Shown: piece after piece, positions 19,318 through 27,459 of the stretch
Numbering within the stretch: position 1 is the first letter of the stretch
Layout of the letters: each line of letters opens with the position of its first letter
DNA from: an uncultured Gammaproteobacteria bacterium
Lineage (GTDB): Bacteria; Patescibacteriota; Microgenomatia; UBA8517
Length of the DNA stretch: 64,000 nucleotides
Assembly (NCBI GenBank): GCA_964610395.1
Contig: CAZSXP010000002.1
Location: 10,192-74,191, forward strand
Reading direction: 5' to 3'
The notes under the pieces: model-generated
The model's database searches: none
Seen by the model: only the letters and a program-made list of their open reading frames with translations
Told to the model about the DNA's origin: nothing
Translations under genes and position numbers: made by a program

Positions 19318-19357
19318 TTGACATAGTATACAGTACACAGTAAACTGTATACTGTAT
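19318..19357 (+). promoter_or_regulatory. sigma70 promoter overlapped by 30-bp palindromic operator
   Basis: TTGACA(19318)-17-TAAACT; ATACAGTACACAGT-AA-ACTGTATACTGTAT (19328-19357) abuts the ATG. Confidence 0.7.
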
Positions 19358-20338
19358 ATGGATACACGCACAAAAATATTCGAATTTATAAGAGCAAACG
19401 GCAAAGCTAGATCTGAAGACATTAGGCGTGAGTTTCACCTAAACAGATCAATTATTCACAGACATTTACTAAGATTGACTTTGGAAAATAAAGTTATCAA
19501 ATCAGGTAAACCACCACTTGTGTTTTACATACCTAACGAAAATGTTGAGGCCAAAGACAAAATGGTTAATAATAAAATTTCTGAGTTCCTTCAAAAAAAC
19601 TATTTGTACATCTCCCCGTCTGGTCAAATGTTATATGGCCAAGAAGGTTTTTTGAGTTGGGTAACCAATACAAATCAACAAGAACATTTAGAGAAGTTGA
19701 TTGTCGAATATTTTAAAATTAAAAAGGCTGTAAACAAGCATTTTAATAAAATTGGGCTAATTGAAGCAAAAAAAAAGATTAAAAAAACTTTTTCTAGGAA
19801 TTACCTTGATAATATATACTTTGCTGATTTTTATTCTTTACCTAAATTTGGAAAAACTATATTAGGACAAAAGGTCTTACACTCAAAACAAGCCCAACTT
19901 GAAGACATAATTAACGAGATCGCAAGTGAGATAAAAAACAGAGTGTTAGATCTGATCACAAAAGAAAAAATTGAAGCAATTGCTTTTATTCCACCAACAA
20001 TACCAAGAAAAATACAATTTTTGAAAGAAATTGAAAAAAACTTAAATTTAAAGTTACCAACGATCAAATTAGTAAAATCATATTCTGGCCAAATTCCAAT
20101 TGCACAAAAAACTCTTTCAAAACTTGAAGAGCGTATAAAAAACGCAAAACAATCAATATTTATTAAAGACATTAGTATAAATTACGAAAGAATATTAATT
20201 ATTGATGATGCAATAGGTTCTGGAGCGACATTAAATGAAGTTGCATCAAAAATTAAACAACTCAACCCAAAAGCAAAAGTTTTTGGGTTTGCAATTGTCG
20301 GCAGCTTCAAAGGTTTTGATGTAATCAGTGAAGTATAA
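19358..20338 (+). CDS. wHTH-phosphoribosyltransferase fusion protein
   Basis: N-terminal wHTH (RSIIHRHL..L), C-terminal FIPPT and ILIIDDAIGSGATL PRPP-binding loop. Confidence 0.82.
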   Translation: MDTRTKIFEFIRANGKARSEDIRREFHLNRSIIHRHLLRLTLENKVIKSGKPPLVFYIPNENVEAKDKMVNNKISEFLQKNYLYISPSGQMLYGQEGFLSWVTNTNQQEHLEKLIVEYFKIKKAVNKHFNKIGLIEAKKKIKKTFSRNYLDNIYFADFYSLPKFGKTILGQKVLHSKQAQLEDIINEIASEIKNRVLDLITKEKIEAIAFIPPTIPRKIQFLKEIEKNLNLKLPTIKLVKSYSGQIPIAQKTLSKLEERIKNAKQSIFIKDISINYERILIIDDAIGSGATLNEVASKIKQLNPKAKVFGFAIVGSFKGFDVISEV

Positions 20339-20349
20339 TATGCGTTTTG

Positions 20350-20393
20350 TTAAGGTCAGACCTTAATAGAATTGCATTCGAAGGTCTGACCTT
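20350..20393. repeat. pair of AAGGTCWGACCTT palindromes (REP-like)
   Basis: AAGGTCAGACCTT 20352-20364 and AAGGTCTGACCTT 20381-20393. Confidence 0.65.
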
Positions 20394-20424
20394 GCAAGAA
20401 GTTTAATAACTTTACTTAATTTTC

Positions 20425-20467
20425 TCCTCCCATTCGAACTTGGAAGGCCGTGGCTAACGCCAATTGT
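20425..20467 (-). ncRNA. putative two-hairpin sRNA motif, copy A
   Basis: TGGTATAAT then ACAAT-TGGC-GTTA-GCCA-CGG-CCTTCCA...TGGGAGG. Confidence 0.45.
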
Positions 20468-20504
20468 AGAATAATTATACCATTATTTCTGATATACTAA
20501 TTTC

Positions 20505-20951
20505 ATGCCTGCCAAAGTAAACAAAGTCCATGTTAAAGATTTCGATAAGTGGATTGAGAAGAAAAAGGAAATAAACAATAAAATTACGGCTCCACCCCAA
20601 TTTAACGAAAGAGATATTTGGTGGACATCAATTGGCGTAAATGTTGGTTTTGAGGAGGATGGCAAGAATGATATATTTATACGTCCTGTTTTGGTAATTA
20701 AAAAATTTAACAGAGAAATGTTTTTAGGCGTTCCGTTAAGCACCAAGTTAAAAGATAACAAATATTACGTTCAAATCTCAGTCAAAGACGAAATTGTATC
20801 TGCAATGACATCGCAAATCAGAGTTTTTAGTAGTAAACGCATTTGGTACAAATTAGCTGTAATTGATGACGGAGATTTTTTAAAAGTTAATGAGGAGATA
20901 TCAAAATTCTTTATTTTACCCTTCCTGCCTAAGCAAGAAGGTCGTGGCTAA
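20505..20951 (+). CDS. PemK/MazF-family endoribonuclease (solitary)
   Basis: DIWW.SIG.NVG.EEDGK...F.RPVLV.KKF, GVPLST, SQIR..S.KR. Confidence 0.88.
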   Translation: MPAKVNKVHVKDFDKWIEKKKEINNKITAPPQFNERDIWWTSIGVNVGFEEDGKNDIFIRPVLVIKKFNREMFLGVPLSTKLKDNKYYVQISVKDEIVSAMTSQIRVFSSKRIWYKLAVIDDGDFLKVNEEISKFFILPFLPKQEGRG

Positions 20952-20962
20952 CGCCAATTTGT
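20918..20962 (-). ncRNA. putative two-hairpin sRNA motif, copy B, antisense to toxin 3' end
   Basis: TTGACA(20994-20989)-17-TAACAT then ACAAAT-TGGC-GTTA-GCCA-CGA-CCTTC.TGC-TTAG-GCA.GAAGG. Confidence 0.5.
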
Positions 20963-20981
20963 CTTATGTTACAATAATTAT

Positions 20982-22649
20982 ATGAAGTTGTCAAACTTAA
21001 CTAAAAAAATCAGTTTAATTCTTCTCTCTTCTTTATTAATTTTTAATTCAGTAATGGCTACGCCATTAGCTGCCCTCGCCGCCGATGAAGCCCCAAGCAC
21101 TTGGTACAACCAAGGTTTTACTGATTGGTATGCAAAAGTCTACGGTGACGAATCCCCCCCATCTGAAATTTTTGGAGAAAGATACACTGCGGCACAAGTC
21201 CAATGGATAATATATAGTCTTTTTGCTTTTCCTATAAATTTCCTTGGAAGCAAAGTTCAGGGCGCAGTTTCATGTCTATACGCATTTGGTCCAGGAAGTG
21301 TTTTTGATAAAGCTGAATGTATTACTCAAACAATGGAAGCTGTCAAAGATGCGTTTGAAGTATTAAAAATAAGTACCAGTATAGCTTATATTGATAATGG
21401 TCCACAGAATCTTGGTCAAGCAATCTTTTTTAACTATCAAAACAGACCGGTCTCAGGTGTAAGATATTTAAGTGATACATTATCAAGTCTAAACATAATA
21501 AAAACCGCAAATGCTCAAGGTTTTGGATACACGACTGCAATTGATGGCTTAAAAAATTACTGGCAAGGATTTAGAGATATTGCTTATGCCCTATCGGTAC
21601 TCGTAGTAATAGTTTTTGCTTTCATGATAATGTTCAGGGTCAAACTATCGCCACAATTAGTTATCTCAGTTCAATCTGCACTGCCTAAAATTGTTGTAGC
21701 ATTAATACTTGCAACTTTCTCATATGCGATAGCTGGTTTTGTAATAGATTTATCATATGTAGTTGGAGGTTTACTTGCTTCATTAATGAGCCTTGCTGGA
21801 TTTTCAACAGCAAACGCTAATGGAAGTGCCTTTCAGGAAGCATTTAAAGTAATTATGCCAATTGAAAATACTCAAGCGTTGGGTGGTTTTTATATATTAT
21901 TATGGATGTTTGCATACACAACTGTATTCTTTTTTGCATCAGTATGGGCTTTGATCAGCACAATTTCTGGTTTATCTGTCTATGGTTTTTTAGCAGGTAT
22001 TTTAATGGTCTTGATGTCAATTTGGGTATTAATATTAATGCTTTGGTACACAATTAAAGTGCCATGGATATTAATAAAAAACTTAATTAGTTTGTTCGTG
22101 TCAATTGTTGTAGGACCATTACAAATAGTTATTGGTGCATTGATTCCTACTATTGGATTTGGAGTCTGGTTTAAAAAGATCATAGCAGAAGCACTTGTTT
22201 TTCCATTAACTGGTTTGTTTATGTTTTTAGCTATCAAGACACTTATGGCTTCTTTCTCTGCTAGCACTGGGCAACTTTTCCATACAATGGATGGCACGTT
22301 ATGGTCACCTCCTATTTTAGGATCATCAGAAGATATGGCAGGTATACTTTGGTTGGCGGTTAGTTTTATGTTTATAACAATGATTCCAAAAGCAGTAGAT
22401 ATTATGAAAATGCTTGTTATGGGTGCTAAATTCGACTTCGGCAGTGCAATCGGTGAAGCAATGGCGCCACTTAAGATGGCTGGTGGAGCATATTCCTCTA
22501 CAAAACAGCAACAATATGAGTTAACTGCTAAACAAACAGGAACCACTCCATGGGAAGCAGCTAAATTAATGGAAGCAACTGGCGATAAAAAGGAAAAGGC
22601 TAAATATTGGTTTACTCAGGCACTACAACGATTTTCAAATTCACACTAA
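20982..22649 (+). CDS. VirB6-like polytopic T4SS membrane protein
   Basis: W..FRDIAY.L.V.V..VFAFMIMFR..L..Q.VISVQSALPKIVVALIL.TFSYAIAG..ID motif; many TMs; T4SS context. Confidence 0.7.
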   Translation: MKLSNLTKKISLILLSSLLIFNSVMATPLAALAADEAPSTWYNQGFTDWYAKVYGDESPPSEIFGERYTAAQVQWIIYSLFAFPINFLGSKVQGAVSCLYAFGPGSVFDKAECITQTMEAVKDAFEVLKISTSIAYIDNGPQNLGQAIFFNYQNRPVSGVRYLSDTLSSLNIIKTANAQGFGYTTAIDGLKNYWQGFRDIAYALSVLVVIVFAFMIMFRVKLSPQLVISVQSALPKIVVALILATFSYAIAGFVIDLSYVVGGLLASLMSLAGFSTANANGSAFQEAFKVIMPIENTQALGGFYILLWMFAYTTVFFFASVWALISTISGLSVYGFLAGILMVLMSIWVLILMLWYTIKVPWILIKNLISLFVSIVVGPLQIVIGALIPTIGFGVWFKKIIAEALVFPLTGLFMFLAIKTLMASFSASTGQLFHTMDGTLWSPPILGSSEDMAGILWLAVSFMFITMIPKAVDIMKMLVMGAKFDFGSAIGEAMAPLKMAGGAYSSTKQQQYELTAKQTGTTPWEAAKLMEATGDKKEKAKYWFTQALQRFSNSH

Positions 22650-22670
22650 ATTTATGTTCTGGTTTGAATT

Positions 22671-24080
22671 TTAATCGTACCATTTTCTTCTGTCCCAAGG
22701 AAATAATAATTTGTCATAATCAAGATAATTGTTTCTTTTGGGTCCTAAGGCAACTAGAACAGTTGCTCTCATGCTTGGATTGTTAAATTTAGGTTCTCTA
22801 CTTTTTGAATCTATCCCTATCGAGGCATACAACATCCATCTTTTTACTGAATCGGCCTCCCTTAATTCAAATTTTGCTAATGCACCCAATGTGTTTTGAA
22901 CCCAATCCCTAATTGCGTCTACATCTCCCCATTTTATAGGAAGCTTGCCTTGTAATGTGTCAGATAATACTCCTGCCTTACCAATCTTTAATGCGTAATC
23001 AATCCACATTGAATCTGAAACATTATTCCATGGAATTTCATTCCCTGCCCTAAGATAGTCTATTAATTTTATCTTTTCACCTCCTTCGTTGGCAGTTACT
23101 TCTTCCCAAACAGATTTAACCAAATCTCTTGGATAACATTCAGGAACTATTATATCTTTGCCACCATTACTAACTCTCCAGTAATCTTTTGGGTTTTTGT
23201 TTTCATCAGCCATAAAATGAACATTTTCCACTGAAAGTTTTTTCCCATTGTTAGACTCGACCGCCATGTTATATGCCCATTCTCCAAATTTTCCATATAA
23301 TAATACCTCTGACCCCTCTTTACTAAAAGTTCCAAGTAAAACATCCATAGGGTTCATTGCAAATTTAATAGGAATATTTACAAGATCATTCATACATTCA
23401 GAAGGTCGAATTCTACCCATGTCGTTGTATTTGCTATCTAAACTCTCAAAAGTATTACCAAGATATAATAAAGTAAAGGCTATTTGCTCTGCTTCACGAG
23501 CTTTTAAGTTAAGGGTTTCTTTGTTTTCTGTTAATTTACCTCGTTGTTTATATCCTTTTAAAACATCTTCCTTTATATCATTACGAATATTTTCTCTACA
23601 CTTTAGAACTTGTTCTCTACTTTTTGCTGTTCTTAAAGAAAAACTTTCTTCTTCGTTGGTTTTAGAATTTTTCCTAGTTCCCATAATTTCATCTGTGTCG
23701 TATATTTTTATATATCGTTCAAGTGCACTTCTAACTCCTGGAACCTCATAAAGTTTTTTAACCTCTGGTGTTTGTAATCCTCCCCAGCCTTCATATTTTG
23801 AAAGAACTTCAAGTGTTGGTGGGATTGCTCTGGTTTTTTTGAAATTAGCCGCATTTGTAAATTCGATTACAATATTGTGAATTTCTCTTTCATCCCTCGT
23901 CATTTCTACATAATATACTGGAGCGGTTTCTACATTAATTGGTTGTATTGGTTTATTAAACCATTCTTGATCCTTTAAAAAAGATTGGTACTTTTCATCT
24001 GTTGATAATCTGGGACCTTGAATAGCGTCCCTTAGTGTACTTACATCAATTATGCCTCTCTGCCCATTTGCTTCTGCCAT
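22671..24080 (-). CDS. hypothetical soluble protein
   Basis: 469-aa ORF, no recognised motif. Confidence 0.75.
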   Translation of the reverse strand: MAEANGQRGIIDVSTLRDAIQGPRLSTDEKYQSFLKDQEWFNKPIQPINVETAPVYYVEMTRDEREIHNIVIEFTNAANFKKTRAIPPTLEVLSKYEGWGGLQTPEVKKLYEVPGVRSALERYIKIYDTDEIMGTRKNSKTNEEESFSLRTAKSREQVLKCRENIRNDIKEDVLKGYKQRGKLTENKETLNLKAREAEQIAFTLLYLGNTFESLDSKYNDMGRIRPSECMNDLVNIPIKFAMNPMDVLLGTFSKEGSEVLLYGKFGEWAYNMAVESNNGKKLSVENVHFMADENKNPKDYWRVSNGGKDIIVPECYPRDLVKSVWEEVTANEGGEKIKLIDYLRAGNEIPWNNVSDSMWIDYALKIGKAGVLSDTLQGKLPIKWGDVDAIRDWVQNTLGALAKFELREADSVKRWMLYASIGIDSKSREPKFNNPSMRATVLVALGPKRNNYLDYDKLLFPWDRRKWYD

Positions 24081-24124
24081 GGTTGTATTTTACCATTTTT
24101 TAAATAAAATGTTTTAAAAAATAA

Positions 24125-24161
24125 AAAGACCACTCATTTTTAACTACTTTGAGTGGTCTTT
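24125..24161 (-). terminator. intrinsic terminator
   Basis: AAAGACCACTCA...TGAGTGGTCTTT inverted repeat followed by T tract on the minus strand, downstream of 24179..24517. Confidence 0.7.
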
Positions 24162-24178
24162 AGACTAACAGCAACTTA

Positions 24179-24517
24179 TTACATTTTCTCAGCACATCTT
24201 TGGCAAATTCCTTTATAGATATGTTCCGCACATGTCCAATTCCGACAATTGACACATTGGTAAAGATCTTTCGGTTTAGACCAATTGTCACCATCTTCAT
24301 GGTAAGTGTCTAAACCCATTCGAAGCTCAATAGACTCCCTCATAGGTTCTCGGGCGGGTTTGTCGCAGATGTGACACTTGAACTTTCTACCAAGTTCTTG
24401 GACTTTTACCACTCTTTCTCTACGAGCGGACTCAAGAAATTCTTTTTTGCTTTTTTCCACTTCAGCCTCTCGGGCTTTTTCTTCCTCATCAATCTTTTTC
24501 TTCCAATCTTTTGTCAT
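24179..24517 (-). CDS. small coiled-coil + zinc-finger protein
   Basis: CxxC...CxxC.x3.CxxH..CxxC; strong AGGAGGT Shine-Dalgarno. Confidence 0.75.
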   Translation of the reverse strand: MTKDWKKKIDEEEKAREAEVEKSKKEFLESARRERVVKVQELGRKFKCHICDKPAREPMRESIELRMGLDTYHEDGDNWSKPKDLYQCVNCRNWTCAEHIYKGICQRCAEKM

Positions 24518-24667
24518 GGCACACCTCCTTAGTGTGTATTACATAAATTTTTACCGAGAAATGTCAAGTTGCAAGTGAATACTAACACAAAAAGGCAATT
24601 ACTTCAAGACTATAGGTATTTGGGGTTGGGGATTGACTTTTAGGGCAAAATAGATATACTAATAAGT

Positions 24668-24717
24668 ACAAATTGCCTTAATTGGCACCCGAGAGCCCCG
24701 CAAGGGGCTCGTTTTTT
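24668..24717 (+). ncRNA. putative two-hairpin sRNA motif, copy C, antisense to toxin 3' end
   Basis: TTGACT(24633)-16-TATACT(24655); ACAAAT-TGCC-TTAATT-GGCA-CC-CGA-GAGCCCC-GCAA-GGGGCTC-GTTTTTT. Confidence 0.6.
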
Positions 24718-25130
24718 GTCTCTTCTGTTGATATTAATTTTAATATCATTTTTTCTACTTCTCCAAACTGCTCTTTATTAAGATTCCCCATTTTTCTAAT
24801 CAATCGTTTTGAACTTAATATTCTAAGTTGTGACAGTATAACTGTTGACTTTCTATCTTTAAAATCAAAGGTAAAATAAAATTTTCCTTCTTTTACTTTT
24901 GAAGTTAGTGGAACACCCCAGAACATTCCTTTGTTAAACTTTCTAAAAATTAAAATTGGTCTTTCAAAATTTGTATTTTTTCCATCTATTTCATATCCGA
25001 CATTCACACCAACTGAACACCACCAAATTTCCTGTTCATGAAAAAACTTTTCTACACCCACACTATCAATCTGTGATTTTAATTTGTGCCAATTTTTGTA
25101 ATCTTTGACATACTTTGAAGCTTCTGTCAT
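24678..25130 (-). CDS. PemK/MazF-family endoribonuclease (solitary)
   Basis: EIWWCSVGVNVGYEIDGK...FERPILI.RKF, GVPLTS, LSQLRILSSKRL. Confidence 0.88.
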   Translation of the reverse strand: MTEASKYVKDYKNWHKLKSQIDSVGVEKFFHEQEIWWCSVGVNVGYEIDGKNTNFERPILIFRKFNKGMFWGVPLTSKVKEGKFYFTFDFKDRKSTVILSQLRILSSKRLIRKMGNLNKEQFGEVEKMILKLISTEETKNEPLAGLSGAN

Positions 25131-25218
25131 GGTTGTATTTTACCTTAAATTAGTACAGAGAGAATGCATCACTTCGTGGGCAAAGTACCTAGTACTTAGT
25201 ATTGGTGGGATCAAAAAA

Positions 25219-25602
25219 CTATTCAAAATCTTTGATTTTAGCAAGAAGACTTTTGACAAGTGGGGGGAAATCTTTAATATCTTTATAAATTGACCTTACT
25301 TCGTCCTCTTTGTATGTATGTGTTGAAATATTTCTATGTTCTAAAAATTTAAACCAAACAACTGGATCATCTATTATCCCTATCCTTGCGGCTTCTCTAA
25401 TTACAGTTCTAATACCATAGGCGTCAACAACTTTATCTCTCAAAATAGCTTGCATAGTTTTCCATGACAGCTCAAAAGTAAATTCAAAGCGTTGGATTGT
25501 TGCGTCTTGGTTTATAATTTCTGGTGGTAACAACAATGCTTCGCCCAACCTTTCTACTGCCCTAGCTAAGTCTTTTATCAATTCTTGTGTTTTTTCCATC
25601 AA
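25219..25602 (-). CDS. HEPN toxin, HI0074 nucleotidyltransferase substrate-binding family
   Basis: DATIQRFEFTFELSWK and RNISTHTY (R-x4-H) motifs. Confidence 0.9.
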   Translation of the reverse strand: MMEKTQELIKDLARAVERLGEALLLPPEIINQDATIQRFEFTFELSWKTMQAILRDKVVDAYGIRTVIREAARIGIIDDPVVWFKFLEHRNISTHTYKEDEVRSIYKDIKDFPPLVKSLLAKIKDFE

Positions 25603-25889
25603 TTTAAATAATAAACCTTTTTCATTGCAATTTCTTGAAATCTTTTAGATACTTTTGAGAAATCAACGACGTCAACCTTAAATGGTAAGTCAGAATTCTC
25701 AAATTCATCCTCCAGGTCAATTTTTGACATAATTGGAAGTTCTGATTTTGGTTCTACCCCTAAATCAATATCACTAAATTTCAAGTTATTCCCAATCGCT
25801 CGTGAGCCAAAAATAAATACCCTTGCACTTTTTGGATCAATATGTTTAAAAACAATCTTTTTAAATTCATCCAAATTAAAATCTGCCAT
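25599..25889 (-). CDS. minimal nucleotidyltransferase (MNT) antitoxin
   Basis: FIFGSRA.G....SDIDL, LPFKVDVVD. Confidence 0.9.
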   Translation of the reverse strand: MADFNLDEFKKIVFKHIDPKSARVFIFGSRAIGNNLKFSDIDLGVEPKSELPIMSKIDLEDEFENSDLPFKVDVVDFSKVSKRFQEIAMKKVYYLN

Positions 25890-25942
25890 AGTTGTATATT
25901 ACCTTAAATTAGTGCAGAGTACAAAGTACCTAGTACTTAGTA

Positions 25943-26269
25943 TTAGGAATAAGACAAAAATCTGATATCCAATCTACTATCCAAAGCCTCTGCAAGTTTT
26001 TGAAGGAAATTTACAGTTGGACTGATATTCCCCTTTTCTAATCTCGAAATTGCAGATTGAGTTGTACCTAGTTTTTTGGCAAGTTCTTTTTGAGAAAGAT
26101 CCTTCTTTCTTCTAACATCAATCATTGCCTGAAGCATTGCAAACTCAGGCTGTTGTCGTTCAAACTCTCTTCGTAAAGAAGAATTGTTTTTTAACACCCT
26201 TTTCTCCCAAACCAAGAAATCTTCATGTTGTCTTTTCTCAGGGGGAATATTTAAAACTTTTTTATTCAT
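25943..26269 (-). CDS. HigA-like HTH antitoxin
   Basis: R.KKDLSQKELAKKLGTTQSAISRLEKG..SPT. Confidence 0.88.
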   Translation of the reverse strand: MNKKVLNIPPEKRQHEDFLVWEKRVLKNNSSLRREFERQQPEFAMLQAMIDVRRKKDLSQKELAKKLGTTQSAISRLEKGNISPTVNFLQKLAEALDSRLDIRFLSYS

Positions 26270-26281
26270 ATATCGTATATG

Positions 26282-26551
26282 CTATATTATTTCTTTTGCT
26301 CTGTCAATTGCTATTTTTAATTCTTTTGATGGAGTTTTTTGAGTTTTCTTTTTAAATACATGAAGCAAATAATAGGAATCTTTTACTTTTGTATAAAATA
26401 TTCGCAATGGATCTCTTCCTGTTACTCGCAATTCATATAAATTTTTGAATAGTTTTTTTGATTGTGGAGGTTTAAGAAATGGACCATTATCGATTAGTAA
26501 ATGTACTAATTTGTCAAAAATTATTTTTGTGAAAAGGATCCAATAGTTGCA
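26282..26551 (-). pseudogene. 5'-truncated HigB/gp49 (RelE-fold) toxin
   Basis: Manual translation ...NGPFLKPPQSKKLFKNLYELRVTGRDPLRIFY...LLHVFKKKTQKTPSKELKIAIDRAKEII*; no in-frame start upstream of the conserved region. Confidence 0.75.
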
Positions 26552-27163
26552 CTAACCTAGTTTTACATTCTTCATAAAATATGTTTTTAAATCACCCCAA
26601 TTAAAATCTACTAACATATTTGGGTCTACATCATTTTCAGCATCATCGAAATAAATTAAGGACTTCTTTATCATTATTTCTCTTTCTTCAAAATTACCAA
26701 ACTTTTGATCATAGAATTTATATAAATTATCTAAACCAAATTTTTGAGCCAAGAAATAAATATCAACCAAATCACGTTTAGTACCTCGAGAGATTACGGT
26801 GTCTAGTTTTATGGCAGCCAAATCTCCAAGCGAGGCTAATTTTATATTTTCAAACGGTATTAAATCTTTTATGAGTGGATATTTATAGTAAAAAAGAGAA
26901 AACTTTATATTATTTATATCACCAATTATTGTTTGCCAATCCTTACTGAAAAGTTCTAAATTATAACTTTTCTCTAATTTTTGAATCCATTGATTTTCAT
27001 TAAACTCATGTTTTGTAAAAAAATCTAAATCTATAGATTTTCTGTGTCCAATTTGTAAAGATATTGCTGTGCCACCAGCTAAATATGTATCCAATGGCAG
27101 ACTATCATTATTAAATGAATTTAATAATTTGTGAGTTTCCTCAAGAATTGTATTAGTATACAT
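26552..27163 (-). CDS. AbiEii/AbiGii-family nucleotidyltransferase toxin
   Basis: YLAGGTAISLQIGHRKSIDLDFF, K......RG..RD.VDIY. Confidence 0.9.
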   Translation of the reverse strand: MYTNTILEETHKLLNSFNNDSLPLDTYLAGGTAISLQIGHRKSIDLDFFTKHEFNENQWIQKLEKSYNLELFSKDWQTIIGDINNIKFSLFYYKYPLIKDLIPFENIKLASLGDLAAIKLDTVISRGTKRDLVDIYFLAQKFGLDNLYKFYDQKFGNFEEREIMIKKSLIYFDDAENDVDPNMLVDFNWGDLKTYFMKNVKLG

Positions 27164-27377
27164 TTTGCCAAAAATTTTTAGACTTTAGTGATAATTTAGT
27201 TGTTTTTATTGTGTCTAGTATTATTTTTCTATCAAAATTTTTATTGATCCAATTTATTGCTTTCATATTTCCCATTTCTAATATCCTATTAATAAAATAT
27301 TTACTTTTTTTATTTATATCAGCTTCTTTTGTGTCTATGTCCCAAAAATATTTATGGAGTGATTTTGGTAATATCAT
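27153..27377 (-). CDS. small partner of AbiEii-like toxin (DUF6922-like)
   Basis: YFWD.D...D......I.RILE.G.......W pattern; overlaps toxin start. Confidence 0.75.
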   Translation of the reverse strand: MILPKSLHKYFWDIDTKEADINKKSKYFINRILEMGNMKAINWINKNFDRKIILDTIKTTKLSLKSKNFWQNVY

Positions 27378-27459
27378 ATTGTCTATATTATACCATTTTT
27401 AGGTTGTGAAAAGAACATTATAGTTGCACCAAAACGTTCACATAGTACTCTTAAAGTAG

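Larger units (their letters stand above)
25123..25945. repeat. ~60-bp direct repeats (25123-25203, 25882-25945) flanking the MNT-HEPN pair; 25-bp copy at 24070-24094
   Basis: TCTGYCATRGTTGTATWTTACCTTAAATTAGTRCAGAG...CAAAGTACCTAGTACTTAGTATT. Confidence 0.8.

Noticed and set aside
19328-19357. LexA/SOS box
   Set aside because: Orientation is ACAG...CTGT rather than CTGT-N8-ACAG, and it does not match GAAC-N4-GTTC
25123-25945. Possible CRISPR array or integron attC sites
   Set aside because: Only 2-3 copies separated by whole genes; no regular spacers, cas genes, attC R/L boxes or integron integrase in the window
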